In this document: piece by piece, positions 37,984 to 48,200 of the stretch | Position numbering within the stretch: the stretch's first letter is position 1 | Layout of the letters: each line of letters starts with the position of its first letter | DNA from: an uncultured Acidobacteriota bacterium | GTDB taxonomy: Bacteria > Acidobacteriota > Thermoanaerobaculia > Multivoradales > JAHEKO01 | Assembly (NCBI GenBank): GCA_963713825.1 | Contig: CAVQNG010000025.1 | Location: forward strand, 32,001-96,000 | Length of the DNA stretch: 64,000 bases | Direction of reading: 5' to 3' | Notes under the pieces: generated by a model | Seen by the model: the letters and a program-made list of their open reading frames with translations, nothing else | What the model was told of the DNA's origin: nothing | The model's database searches: none | Made by a program: the position numbers and the translations under genes

Positions 37984-38624
37984 CTCGACGGCTGTGCGGG
38001 TGAATGCGTTGCATCCCAAAGTTGGCTCGCGCCTCTGTAGCTGAGGAGAACCCCGAGCAACAGCAAGAGTAGCCCGCAGAGTCTCAGGACTCTAGGGAAC
38101 CAGACTCCGTGAAGGGCCTGACCGCCCCGGGCGGCCAGCCAAGCCAGGGTTATCTTGCTGGCGACGATGAAGGCGTAAAAGCCCGTCAGGTAGCCGACAG
38201 CACCCATCGGGTCCTGGTGCCATCCCGAGACCAACGTCGGTGCACCGACGCCGATCCAGAACACCCAGGGATGGGGATTGAGGAAGTTGACCACAGCACC
38301 CTGCCAGAGGTCCTTGATAGCCGTCGGGACGATCTCGCCAGACAGCGGTGAGGGAGCTTCCTGTCGGACACTCTGTATTCCCAGGTAGGTGACGTACGAG
38401 CCGCCGAGGAGCGTCAGTCCGCCGAGAAACGACTCCGGCAGATCTTTGAGAAGGAGCAGGGCCAGAATGACGATCGGTACGTCGGTCAGAAGTGGCGCTA
38501 TGGCGATGCGCAGGCCCGACCGAAATCCCCTCTCGATAGAGACCGCTACGAGCAGGGTCAGTAGTGGCCCGGGGCTCAAGCCGGCCGCCAGCCCCAGTCC
38601 GGCTCCGAGGAGGGTCAGCTCCAT
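37971..38624 (-). CDS. LysE-family translocator
   Basis: LSPGP near the N-terminus, VNFLNPHPWVFW, hydrophobic helices. Confidence 0.8.
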   Translation of the reverse strand: MELTLLGAGLGLAAGLSPGPLLTLLVAVSIERGFRSGLRIAIAPLLTDVPIVILALLLLKDLPESFLGGLTLLGGSYVTYLGIQSVRQEAPSPLSGEIVPTAIKDLWQGAVVNFLNPHPWVFWIGVGAPTLVSGWHQDPMGAVGYLTGFYAFIVASKITLAWLAARGGQALHGVWFPRVLRLCGLLLLLLGVLLSYRGASQLWDATHSPAQPSSYLM

Positions 38625-38667
38625 AGCGGGTCGGTTCCAGGCATGACCAGCGAATTTGCCTTGAAGG

Positions 38668-39399
38668 TCAGTCGAGGGTCCTGTCGTCCCCAGGGCCGTC
38701 GACTTCCCCCTCGAGAGCCATTTCGGCGGCACGCCGGGCGTGGATCTCAGTGGTATCGAAGAGCGGCACCGGAGAATCCTCGGGTTGTACCAGGAGAGAG
38801 ATCTCGGTGCAACCGAGAATGATGCCTTCGGCACCCGAAGCGGCCAGGCGATGGAGAATCTTCCGAAACTCCTGCCGGGAGCTCTGCAGGATCTGGCCGC
38901 GGCACAACTCGTCGTAGATCACGCGGTGGACGAGATTTCGGTCCGCTTCGACCGGGATAACCACGTGCAAGCCATAGCGATCCTCGAGGCGGCGACGATA
39001 GAAGTCCTCTTCCATGGTGAAGCGAGTCCCCAGCAGACCTACGGCGCTCGAGCCCCGATACCGAACGCTCTCACCGGTGGCATCGGCGATGTGCAAGAAC
39101 GGGATGGAGATCGCAGTCTCGATCTCGGAGGAGACCTTGTGCATGGTATTGGTGCAGAGCACGAGCAAGTCTGCTCCGGCGTTCTGCAAGCGAAGTGCTG
39201 CGCGGGCGAGAATCTCGGCCGCCTCGGACCACCGCCCGGCCATTTGCAGCGCTTCGATCTCGTGAAAGTCCACGCTGTAGAGCAGGATTTTGGCGGAATG
39301 CAGACCCCCGAGGTGCTCGTTGACGGTGCTGTTGATGACCCTGTAGTAGGGAACGGTGGACTCCCAACTCATGCCACCGAGCAGTCCCACTGTTTTCAT
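38668..39399 (-). CDS. PLP-independent amino-acid racemase (YgeA/RacX-like)
   Basis: GLLGGMSWEST, LCTNTMH, ILGCTEI. Confidence 0.9.
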   Translation of the reverse strand: MKTVGLLGGMSWESTVPYYRVINSTVNEHLGGLHSAKILLYSVDFHEIEALQMAGRWSEAAEILARAALRLQNAGADLLVLCTNTMHKVSSEIETAISIPFLHIADATGESVRYRGSSAVGLLGTRFTMEEDFYRRRLEDRYGLHVVIPVEADRNLVHRVIYDELCRGQILQSSRQEFRKILHRLAASGAEGIILGCTEISLLVQPEDSPVPLFDTTEIHARRAAEMALEGEVDGPGDDRTLD

Positions 39400-39568
39400 C
39401 GTCGCTGTCCTTCCTGGAGGTAAGGAGCCCCCGGCAACACCTTCACCTCGATCGATCTTACCTGAGTCGCCGCGGCTGATTCGGCACGTGGCGCAGGTCT
39501 CCGACAGAGATAATGATGGCCGCTCGAGAGAGCGGCCATCGGGGATGTGTTGCTGCTGTGTCGAGCGC

Positions 39569-39874
39569 TCAGCCGACAGGACCCTGGAGCATGATCATCC
39601 CCCGGGTCAGGTAGTCGCTCATGGTGAATCCGATGAGAAAGAGAAGCCAGAGGAATCCGGCCAACACGACGACCTTGGTCAACCGACTACTTTGGCGGAC
39701 ATGCATAAAGAAAAGGATCACGAGGCATGCCTTGGTGACTGCAATGCCCATCGCTACGATGTCGTTCAGGGGACCCAAGTGCATAAATGCCACTGCGACG
39801 GTGATGGCAGTGAGCACCATGAGCGCCATGAAGATGACCAGGTAGGTGCGAACCGGTGTGATGTGCTCCGACAT
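39569..39874 (-). CDS. ctaF: Cytochrome c oxidase subunit IV (caa3 type)
   Basis: Three hydrophobic segments, KA.LV..FFMH, DYLTR. Confidence 0.85.
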   Translation of the reverse strand: MSEHITPVRTYLVIFMALMVLTAITVAVAFMHLGPLNDIVAMGIAVTKACLVILFFMHVRQSSRLTKVVVLAGFLWLLFLIGFTMSDYLTRGMIMLQGPVG

Positions 39875-39888
39875 GTTACAGCCCCTTC

Positions 39889-40569
39889 TCAGACCTGGAT
39901 ATTTCGGCCCAGCAGATAAAGGAGGGGAAAGAGGAAGATCCACACGATATCCACGAAATGCCAATAGAGACCGATGCCCTCGACCAGATTGTGGTTCTCC
40001 GGCGAGAAGGCCCCCCTCCAAGCCAGGACCGCGACCACCAGCAGGATTCCCATGCCGATCACCATGTGGAGGGCATGTAGGCCGGTCATTAAAAAGTAGA
40101 GATTGAAGAACATCTCCACGCCGGGCGCCTCCGGGCCGTCCCAGTGGAAGTTGGGTCCCGGTACGAGGTGGTGCTCGAACTTGGCGCTGTATTCGACAAC
40201 CTTGATCCCCAGAAAGACGCCTCCGAGCGCGATCGTCGCCAAAAGGAAGACGACGATGGCCTTGCGACGCCCAGTCTGGGCCGCCCACACGGCCAGGGCC
40301 ATAGTCAAGCTGCTGCCGATGAGAACGGCAGTGTTGATCGCCCCAAGGCCAATGTCCAGCTCATGACTGCCCAGAGCGAATGCTGCGCCCTGACTCGATC
40401 GATAGACGATGTAGGCTGTAAAAACGCCACCGAAGAACATGATCTCCGTGACGAGAAAGACCCACATGCCGAGGAAGGAGGCCTCGCGCTGCTGATCGAA
40501 GCTGTCGAAATGATGCTGCAGGCCCCAGGCGTGACTCGATTCACCCTGCATAGATCGCGTCCTCTCCAC
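39889..40569 (-). CDS. ctaE: Cytochrome c oxidase subunit III
   Basis: GMWVFLVTEIMFF, TGLHALH, LYWHFVDIVWIFLFP. Confidence 0.92.
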   Translation of the reverse strand: MERTRSMQGESSHAWGLQHHFDSFDQQREASFLGMWVFLVTEIMFFGGVFTAYIVYRSSQGAAFALGSHELDIGLGAINTAVLIGSSLTMALAVWAAQTGRRKAIVVFLLATIALGGVFLGIKVVEYSAKFEHHLVPGPNFHWDGPEAPGVEMFFNLYFLMTGLHALHMVIGMGILLVVAVLAWRGAFSPENHNLVEGIGLYWHFVDIVWIFLFPLLYLLGRNIQV

Positions 40570-40590
40570 GTTGTGTCTGCTGGTGCTCCA

Positions 40591-42225
40591 CTAAGCCACC
40601 CTCTTGTCGCGCATGGCGAGGTAGTCGTAGGCCTCTGTGGTAACCACAGGTGGCTCGTCGAAATTGTAGGTCGGTGGTGGAGATGAAGTCTCCCACTCGA
40701 GCCCGTAGGCCCCCCACGGGTTGTCCGTTGCGCGCTCGCCGTACCGCATGGACCAGATGAAATAGATCAGAGGCAGCAGGTAGCCCAAGCCGAGGATTGT
40801 CGCCCCGGCCGACGACAGAACATTGAGAATCTGAAACTCTTCCGGATAGGCGTGGTATCGGCGTGGCATGCCCAGATAGCCGAGCACGAATTGGGGAAAG
40901 AAAGTGAGATTGAAGCCTACGAAGATCAGTCCGGCCGAGATTTTCGACCAGAAGACCGAATACAAGCGGCCCGTGATCTTGGGCCACCAGTAGTGCATTC
41001 CTCCGAGGTAGGCCATGATGGCTCCACCGACCATGATGTAGTGGAAGTGGGCGACGATGAAGTAGGTGTCGTGAACATGCATGTCGAGGCCCAGGGTCGC
41101 CAGCATGACCCCAGTCAGGCCGCCAACCACGAACAGGCCGATGAATCCGAGGGCGTAGATCATCGGGGTTTGCCACGAGATGGACCCCTGGTAGAGCGTC
41201 GCCGTCCAGTTGAAGGTCTTTACTGCCGATGGTACTGCAACGAGCATGGAGAGTACGGAAAAGATCAGGCCGGCATAGAGCGATTGGCTCGAGATGAACA
41301 TGTGGTGGCCCCAGACCAGGAAGCCGAGCACCGCAATCGCCAGGCTCGAGAAGGCCACGAACTTGTACCCGAAAATCCTCTTGCGCGAGAACGCGGCAAT
41401 GATCTCGCTGATAACACCCATGGCGGGCAGGATCATGATGTAGACCGCCGGGTGGGAGTAGAACCAGAAGAGGTGCTGGAACAGGACCGGATCTCCTCCA
41501 AGCGCCGGATCGAAGATCCCGATGTTGAGAAGTCGTTCGGCGGCAACCAGCACGATGGCGATAGCCACGACAGGGGTGCCCAGAATCTGGACGAGGCTGG
41601 TTCCGTACATCGACCAGACAAACAAAGGCAAGCGGAACCAAGTCAGCCCCGGGGCTCTCATGCGATGAATAGTGACGACGAAATTGAGGCCGGTCATGAT
41701 GGAGGAGAAACCGGCCACAAACACGCCGAGTGCCGTGAGGATCACTTCGCTGTCGGCGAAAACGCTGCTATAGGGCGTGTAGAAGGTCCAGCCCGTGTCC
41801 GTTCCGCCTCTCAGCAGTGCCGCTACCATCAAGGTTGCGCCGACGTTGTAGACGTACCAGCTGCCGAGATTCAACTTCGGGAAGGCCAGGTCCTTGGCGC
41901 CGATCATCAGGGGTATGAGGAAGTTTCCCAACACCGCCGGGATGGCCGGAATCAAGAAGAGAAACACCATCAGGACTCCGTGGGCCGTGAAGAGCCTGTT
42001 GTAGGTGTCGGGCTCCACCATGTCGCCGAGCGGTGTCGCCAGCTCGAGGCGAAGGAAGGCTGCCATGATCCCACCGAGCATGAAGAAGAAGGTGACAGAG
42101 ACCAGGTAGAGGATGGCGATCCTCTTGTGATCCTTCGTGAGCAGCCACGACTTGATGCCGTATTCGGCATTCAGGTAGTTCTTGCGGCGAGCCGGCGTGG
42201 TAACAGTCTCACTCATAGTGATCAA
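40591..42225 (-). CDS. ctaD: Cytochrome c oxidase subunit I, A2 type
   Basis: [45 protein letters not shown]; an alternative ATG start lies at 42216. Confidence 0.96.
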   Translation of the reverse strand: MITMSETVTTPARRKNYLNAEYGIKSWLLTKDHKRIAILYLVSVTFFFMLGGIMAAFLRLELATPLGDMVEPDTYNRLFTAHGVLMVFLFLIPAIPAVLGNFLIPLMIGAKDLAFPKLNLGSWYVYNVGATLMVAALLRGGTDTGWTFYTPYSSVFADSEVILTALGVFVAGFSSIMTGLNFVVTIHRMRAPGLTWFRLPLFVWSMYGTSLVQILGTPVVAIAIVLVAAERLLNIGIFDPALGGDPVLFQHLFWFYSHPAVYIMILPAMGVISEIIAAFSRKRIFGYKFVAFSSLAIAVLGFLVWGHHMFISSQSLYAGLIFSVLSMLVAVPSAVKTFNWTATLYQGSISWQTPMIYALGFIGLFVVGGLTGVMLATLGLDMHVHDTYFIVAHFHYIMVGGAIMAYLGGMHYWWPKITGRLYSVFWSKISAGLIFVGFNLTFFPQFVLGYLGMPRRYHAYPEEFQILNVLSSAGATILGLGYLLPLIYFIWSMRYGERATDNPWGAYGLEWETSSPPPTYNFDEPPVVTTEAYDYLAMRDKRVA

Positions 42226-43199
42226 CCTTCATCGGGCAGCGCCGGCAGCGTTGCCTCTTCCTCAGTCGCATCGGATGCGAGGGATTTAATGTAGCCAATA
42301 AGCTGAATGACTTCATCTTCGGTTATCTGACCCTGGTAGGTCGGCATCAGCGGCTTGTAGCCCTTCACCAACTTGGCGGCCGGGTTCATAATCGATTCGC
42401 GGATGTAGTTTTCGTCCACAACCTGGACGCTGCCGTCCGCCAGCTCTACCGGTTCGCCGAAGGCTCCGTGCAGAATGGGAGCCAGGGTTGCCGAGTCCGA
42501 CCGGTGGCACGTGTTGCACGCCTTGACTTGGAAAAGCTCTTCCCCCGAGGCGACGACCGACGGCCCGGACTCGCGTCCCGCCAGCCACAGCTCGTAATCG
42601 GCGGGCTCCATGATGATGATGCTGCCTCGCATCATCGAATGCTCGGCACCACAGTACTCGGCGCAGAAAATGTGGAAAGTCCCGGTCTTGTTCGCTTCGA
42701 ACCAGACCGTGGTGTAGCGGCCGGGCAACACGTCGGCCTTGACACGGAATGCCGGCACGAAGAAGGAGTGAATGACATCTTCTGAAGTCATCGTCAATCG
42801 GATCGGCTGACCGAGAGGCACATGAAAGTCGTTGATCTCGCGATTGCCCTGGGGATGCTGGAACTTCCACATCCATTGCTTGGCCGTGACGAAGTACTCC
42901 ACCGCGTTGCCGGGAGGACGGAAAGCCTCGACGAAGACCTTGGCTCCCCATGCGAACATACCCAGCAAGATGATCAGTGGAATCACCGACCAGGTGACCT
43001 CCATCCACAGGCCCGCTTTCTCGGGTCTGCCGATCTCCTCGGGGCTTCGCCTCCGAAATCGGATGGCGAAGTAGATCACCAACCCTGCTACGAGAAGTCC
43101 GAAAAACGTAGAAATCCCCAGGAAGGTAAAGTAGAGTGCGTCCACTTTGCTCGCCAGGGTCGAGGCTTGTTCGGGGAATAGCGGGAAGTTCTTCCACAT
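42222..43199 (-). CDS. ctaC: Cytochrome c oxidase subunit II with a fused cytochrome c
   Basis: [18 protein letters not shown] (CuA site), C-terminal CNTCH...MP. Confidence 0.94.
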   Translation of the reverse strand: MWKNFPLFPEQASTLASKVDALYFTFLGISTFFGLLVAGLVIYFAIRFRRRSPEEIGRPEKAGLWMEVTWSVIPLIILLGMFAWGAKVFVEAFRPPGNAVEYFVTAKQWMWKFQHPQGNREINDFHVPLGQPIRLTMTSEDVIHSFFVPAFRVKADVLPGRYTTVWFEANKTGTFHIFCAEYCGAEHSMMRGSIIIMEPADYELWLAGRESGPSVVASGEELFQVKACNTCHRSDSATLAPILHGAFGEPVELADGSVQVVDENYIRESIMNPAAKLVKGYKPLMPTYQGQITEDEVIQLIGYIKSLASDATEEEATLPALPDEG

Positions 43200-43204
43200 C
43201 GTCT

Positions 43205-44026
43205 CTATGCCTTCGCTGTTTGCAGATGTCGTCGCTCTCGGCGCCACTGCCGGAAAAGCAGGAGGCCGAGGAGCACGATCGTGACAGCGGCTGCCAGGCG
43301 CAGGATGTTCATCGCCACGGCACTGTACTTTCCGGTCGTGGGATCATAGTGAAAACAGTAGAGAAGAACCTGATCCACCATCGATCCGATCTGGCTGTCC
43401 GCCGCTTCGATGAGTCCGAGGCGGATGTCGCGGGGTGCGTATTCCACGCCGTAGTAGTAGCGTGCGACCCGTCCTTCCGGGGTCAGGGCCACAATGCCTG
43501 CGGCGTGGGCGAACTGATCCTCTTCTGGTAGGTAAACGTATCGGAATCCTACGCTTCGGGTCAGCGCCTGGATCGCCGCTTCGTTACCCGTCAGAAAGTG
43601 CCAGCCAGTTTCGGAGTCTGGCCTGTTGTAACGCTCGAGGTATGTCTGCTTGGTCGATCGGGCCAACTCGGCGGTTTCACTTGGGTCGAAACTGACGACC
43701 AGGACTTCGAACTCGGTCCCAGGAGTGAACTTCAGCGCTCGCAGGCTCGTGATCATGCCGTTGAGCACCATCGAACAGAGCATCGGGCACTCGTAGTAGA
43801 CCAGGGCCAGCACAACCGGTCGTTGGCCGAAGTACTGGTCGAGGGCGACCGACTTTCCAGTCTCATCGGTGAACTCTAGATCCAGGGGAATCTGCTCTCC
43901 GAGGCGCTGATCGAATCCGACGTCGGCCAAGGGGCCTGGTAGGCCGTCTTGTGCATGGCTGCCGATTGCCGCACTCAAGAGGGCTGCAACCGCAACTGCG
44001 GCACTGAGAATGGGGCTACTGCGCAC
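43205..44026 (-). CDS. SCO-family copper chaperone
   Basis: CPMLC (CxxxC) plus FAHAA histidine; located between act and cta genes. Confidence 0.88.
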   Translation of the reverse strand: MRSSPILSAAVAVAALLSAAIGSHAQDGLPGPLADVGFDQRLGEQIPLDLEFTDETGKSVALDQYFGQRPVVLALVYYECPMLCSMVLNGMITSLRALKFTPGTEFEVLVVSFDPSETAELARSTKQTYLERYNRPDSETGWHFLTGNEAAIQALTRSVGFRYVYLPEEDQFAHAAGIVALTPEGRVARYYYGVEYAPRDIRLGLIEAADSQIGSMVDQVLLYCFHYDPTTGKYSAVAMNILRLAAAVTIVLLGLLLFRQWRRERRHLQTAKA

Positions 44027-44027
44027 C

Positions 44028-44462
44028 TCAGATTCCTGTCGAGTCTGCCTCGGTGGTTTCGGCGAGTGGCGTCGGAGTGGGTAGGCCTTGCTCGACCAGC
44101 ATCTCCATGGCGCGCTCGATCGGTACTCGCGTCAGGCCAATGGTCTGGTTTACCCAGCCGTAGGACGTCAGAATCTTCTCCTCATCGGCGCGGAGATCGA
44201 GCAGTTGCTGTCTCGGGTCCACTTGTAGATTGGGGGCCGGCGGCCGGTGTTCCATTCGCGCCTCCGGCAGGGCCGGTGGGGGTGGATCCGCAGCCACCAG
44301 CTTGTCCTTGATTCCGAAGCCGAGGAACCACATCGCGACCGCGGCGATCGCCAGGATCAGCAGCAGCCCCAACGTCGACCAGACGAGAAAGCGGATGTTC
44401 AGTTCGCCGTCGAGCGTCGGCTCTCCCTTCGAGCTCGGTTCGGGTTGCTGTGCTTCAGTCAT
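44028..44462 (-). CDS. Alternative complex III small subunit (ActG-like)
   Basis: One TM segment, PAPNLQ, L.SYGWV, VPIERAM; follows actF. Confidence 0.6.
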   Translation of the reverse strand: MTEAQQPEPSSKGEPTLDGELNIRFLVWSTLGLLLILAIAAVAMWFLGFGIKDKLVAADPPPPALPEARMEHRPPAPNLQVDPRQQLLDLRADEEKILTSYGWVNQTIGLTRVPIERAMEMLVEQGLPTPTPLAETTEADSTGI

Positions 44463-45648
44463 CGGCCAGCGCCTCCTCGAGGTAGGGGTCGTTGATCGGC
44501 AGGATGGGGCGCCGTCTCAGCTCACCGATGAAGACGGCGAACCAGACACCACCGATACCCAGAACCGTCGCCAAGTCGAGCCAGTGAAAGGACAGACCCT
44601 CGTGTCCAAAGGAGGGCGCTGCCATCCAGTAGAGGTCGACGAAACGCATGACCAGCACCAGCACCGCGACCCTCGCCAGCCGCTTGGCATCACGCTTCAG
44701 ATCTCGCGAGAGCAGGAGAACGAACGGCAGTAGGAAATGGAAGAGAGCCAGCAGGATTGAAATGTACTTCCAGACTCCGTGGCTCCTCTCCAGATACCAG
44801 CCCACCTCTTCCGGCAGGTTCGCTGACCAGATGATGAGCAGTTGAGAGAGCGCGATGTAGGCCCAGAGCATGACGAAAGCCAACATCAACTTGCCGTAGT
44901 CGTGGAAGTGGAGCGGTTTGAACGCAGTATTCAAGGGCTCGCGCTGCGACAGGTAGACCGCCATCACGATGAGAAATGCGAGCGCCGACAAGCCCTGGCC
45001 GACAATGAAATAGACACCGAAAATGCTCGAGTACCAGTGCGGGTCCAGCGACATGAGCCAGTCGACGGAAGCGAAGGTGGCGAGCACGCAGTAGATGGCC
45101 AGCCCTGGCGCCGCCACGATCTTCATTCGTTGGAACAGCCTCAGATCGCCGGTGCGGTCCTGCTGCAGAGAGAGCCAGCTCAAGGCAAAGGCGAACAAGG
45201 CCCAGATGGCGAGGTACCCGAAGCCGCGCAAGGTGAATCCGGTTGGGTTCAGGTAGGCAGCTTTCTGTTGAATCAACTCGTCTGTGGCGGCCTCGGGTCG
45301 AGCCCAAGGAAAGATGGCCTGCATTCCGAAGACGATCGGCAGGAACAGAATCGCCAGAGCGGGGAGCGTGCGGGTCGCGGCCTCGAGCGTCCGCCGCGCC
45401 ATCAATCCCCAGCCCCCCCGTGTCAGGTGGTGCAGCATCAGGATGGCTAGAGAGCCCAGTGCTATCCCCAGCCAGAAGAGCCAAGCAATCAAATAGGACT
45501 GGAAGAACTGGCTGGAGCTCACAGCCCATCCGCCAAGGCTGGCAGCAGCTCCGACGGCACCGAAGATCCACCCACGACGTTGCAGCCGTTCGAGGTCCTT
45601 CGGCGGCTCGAACGAGACAGCGGTCGAGTTGCTGTGGGAAGCGTTCAT
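44455..45648 (-). CDS. actF: Alternative complex III subunit ActF
   Basis: Polytopic membrane protein; DWLMSLDPHWYSSIFG, HDYGKL, IIWSANLPEE. Confidence 0.85.
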   Translation of the reverse strand: MNASHSNSTAVSFEPPKDLERLQRRGWIFGAVGAAASLGGWAVSSSQFFQSYLIAWLFWLGIALGSLAILMLHHLTRGGWGLMARRTLEAATRTLPALAILFLPIVFGMQAIFPWARPEAATDELIQQKAAYLNPTGFTLRGFGYLAIWALFAFALSWLSLQQDRTGDLRLFQRMKIVAAPGLAIYCVLATFASVDWLMSLDPHWYSSIFGVYFIVGQGLSALAFLIVMAVYLSQREPLNTAFKPLHFHDYGKLMLAFVMLWAYIALSQLLIIWSANLPEEVGWYLERSHGVWKYISILLALFHFLLPFVLLLSRDLKRDAKRLARVAVLVLVMRFVDLYWMAAPSFGHEGLSFHWLDLATVLGIGGVWFAVFIGELRRRPILPINDPYLEEALADD

Positions 45649-46265
45649 TCCTCGTCGGCCCTCGAATGTGCGTCTGCGTCGCTGGCTGGTGAAACGTCCA
45701 ATTGTTGCTGCTCGTCGGCCGAGAGTCTGTCGACCGGAATGTTCTGACTGAGCTGCAAGGCGTTGATGTAAGCGGCGATAGCCCAACGGTCTCGTACCGG
45801 GACCTGCGACGCGTAGCTCGACATCTGACCAAAGCCGTTGGACATGACATCGAAGTAGTAGCCGACAGGACTCTCTCGGAGCCGTTGATCGTGGAAGGAG
45901 GTCGGCTGCTTGAAGCCACGCCGGACGATCATCCCCAGCCCGTCTCCGGTCTGGCCGTGGCAGGGAGAGCAGAAGGCGTCGAAGCGACCGCGGCCGCGGT
46001 CGAGCAGCTCGCGATCCAGCTCCATCGGTAGCTCGGTCAGGAACTCGTCGTTCATCGTGCGGCCGGTGTAGAAAGGAGTCTTCTCTGGCGGCATCTCGCG
46101 GGCGATTGTTCCCTCAACCAGCGGACGGGAGGCCATGCCGTTGTCGAAGAACGAGCTTTCTTCGAGTGGCTCGTATTTCGCTGAATCGTGCATATCCTGT
46201 CGGCAGGCTCCGCTCGTCAGAGCTACTGCCATCACGATCAGGGTCACAGTCCAATTAGCTCGCAA
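45645..46265 (-). CDS. actE: Alternative complex III monoheme lipoprotein ActE
   Basis: Lipobox-like SGAC-RQDM, CSPCH, MSSYA; TTG start with AGGAGG upstream. Confidence 0.82.
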   Translation of the reverse strand: MRANWTVTLIVMAVALTSGACRQDMHDSAKYEPLEESSFFDNGMASRPLVEGTIAREMPPEKTPFYTGRTMNDEFLTELPMELDRELLDRGRGRFDAFCSPCHGQTGDGLGMIVRRGFKQPTSFHDQRLRESPVGYYFDVMSNGFGQMSSYASQVPVRDRWAIAAYINALQLSQNIPVDRLSADEQQQLDVSPASDADAHSRADEE

Positions 46266-46803
46266 CTTCCGATACCTCCTGAGGTGCGAGTCGATGCAGG
46301 AACTCTTCCGTTGCCTGGCGGTCGAACTGCGGATCCCAGCGGGCGATAGCCAGGAAGTACCGGTCTCGTGATGCCAGAGCAAAGCGTTCGACGTTGAACA
46401 CCGGGTGGTAGGGCATAGGCAGCCTGTTGAGGGCGAACATGCCAAGAACCGCAGCTCCGGCCGCGAACAGGATGGTGGTCTCGAAGGTGACAGGAATGAA
46501 GGCGATCCAACTGTTGAGCGGCCTGCCACCGACGTTCATCGGGTAGTTGATCACCGACACCCAGTACTGCATGAAGAAGCCGAAGAAGGCACCGCAGGTT
46601 CCAGCGATCAGTACGATGAGCGGTAGCCAGGACCGATGGTGCCCGAGCTCCTCCCAGACCTCCTCGATCGGATAGGGCGTGTAGGCCTCGAGGTGGGTAT
46701 ATCCAGCTCCTCGAGCTTCGCGGATCGCATGGAGCAGCTCTTTGGAGGAGCGGAACTCGGCCATCAAGGCGAAGGGCCTCTTGGTGGTGGGCGGTGTGCT
46801 CAC
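46255..46803 (-). CDS. actD: Alternative complex III subunit ActD (DUF3341)
   Basis: [21 protein letters not shown]. Confidence 0.85.
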   Translation of the reverse strand: MSTPPTTKRPFALMAEFRSSKELLHAIREARGAGYTHLEAYTPYPIEEVWEELGHHRSWLPLIVLIAGTCGAFFGFFMQYWVSVINYPMNVGGRPLNSWIAFIPVTFETTILFAAGAAVLGMFALNRLPMPYHPVFNVERFALASRDRYFLAIARWDPQFDRQATEEFLHRLAPQEVSEVAS

Positions 46804-48200
46804 TCCGAAGCCTCCTCAGTCGTTTCTGTGGCCTGCTTGGGCACAATAGTCCGCATCTCGAAGATCGAGATCATCGGTAGGAACCGAATGAATAGGAAGA
46901 GCAGTGCCAGGAACAGACCGATGGTGCCCACGAACGTCGCCCAGTCCCACGCCGTGCCCGAGTACATGCCCCAGGACGAGGGCAAGAAATCCCGGTGCAG
47001 ACTGGTGACGACGATGACGAAGCGCTCCAGCCACATGCCGACATTGACGAACATGGCGACCAGGAAGAGCAGCGCTGGAGAGGTGCGCACGCGGCGAAAC
47101 CACAGCAATTGTGGCGCCAGGACGTTGCAGAGCAGCAGGGCGAACCACTGCTTCTGGTACGGACCCTGAATGCGATTCAGGATCATGAACTGCTCGTACC
47201 AGTTGCCGCTGTACCAGGCCATGAAGATCTCGACCATGTATCCGTAGGCCACGATCATGCCCGTGGCCAGTAGGATCTTGCCCATATTCTGCAAGTGGCG
47301 CGTCGTGATGAAGTCCTTCAGTCCGAAGACCGCTCGCAAGGGCACGGCCAACGTAATGACCATGGCAAAGCCGGCGAAGATGGCTCCGGCTACAAAGTAG
47401 GGGGGAAAGATCGTGGCGTGCCAGCCGGGTAGCTGCCCGACCGCGAAGTCGAAGCTCACGACCGTGTGGACCGAGACCACCAGCGGCGTGGCCAGACCGG
47501 CCAGCAGCAGATAGGCCGTCTCGTAGTTGTGCCAGTGAGTCGCCGATCCCCGCCAACCCATGGAGAGAAAACCATAGGCGATCTTGGCGAACTGACCTTG
47601 GGCACGGTCTCGCAAGGTCGCCATGTCGGGAATCAGCCCCACATACCAGAAAAGCAAGGAGACCGTGGCGTAGGTCGAGACCGCGAAAACGTCCCAGACA
47701 AGTGGGCTGCGGAACTGTGGCCACAGATCCATGGTGTTGGGATACGGCAGCAGCCAATAGGCGAGCCAGGGACGACCAACGTGGATCAAAGGGAAGATTC
47801 CGGCGCAGGCCACCGCGAAGAGCGTCATGGCCTCGGCGAATCGGTTGATCGAGGTTCGCCACTCCTGTCGCACCAGCAGCAGAATGGCCGAGATGAGAGT
47901 GCCGGCGTGCCCAATGCCGATCCACCAGACGAAGTTGATGATCGCGAATCCCCAGCCGACGGGAATGTTCAGGCCCCAGATGCCCGTGCCTTCGAAGAGC
48001 AGCTTCGTCAGCGCTTGCAGGAGAACCAGAACCAGCAGGAAGGAGAAGCCGAATCCTACCCACCACCAGCGGGGCGTCTCATTCAGAACCACGGCCGTGA
48101 TCTGGTCGGTTACCGATCCCGGGGAATGACCCGGCGCCACGACAGGTGGCCCTGACGGCTTGGCCCCCGAGGCCTGAAATCCTTCAGACGCCTTCATCAC
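46800..48200 (-). CDS. actC: Alternative complex III subunit ActC (NrfD family)
   Basis: [38 protein letters not shown]. Confidence 0.93.
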   Translation of the reverse strand: MMKASEGFQASGAKPSGPPVVAPGHSPGSVTDQITAVVLNETPRWWWVGFGFSFLLVLVLLQALTKLLFEGTGIWGLNIPVGWGFAIINFVWWIGIGHAGTLISAILLLVRQEWRTSINRFAEAMTLFAVACAGIFPLIHVGRPWLAYWLLPYPNTMDLWPQFRSPLVWDVFAVSTYATVSLLFWYVGLIPDMATLRDRAQGQFAKIAYGFLSMGWRGSATHWHNYETAYLLLAGLATPLVVSVHTVVSFDFAVGQLPGWHATIFPPYFVAGAIFAGFAMVITLAVPLRAVFGLKDFITTRHLQNMGKILLATGMIVAYGYMVEIFMAWYSGNWYEQFMILNRIQGPYQKQWFALLLCNVLAPQLLWFRRVRTSPALLFLVAMFVNVGMWLERFVIVVTSLHRDFLPSSWGMYSGTAWDWATFVGTIGLFLALLFLFIRFLPMISIFEMRTIVPKQATETTEEASE

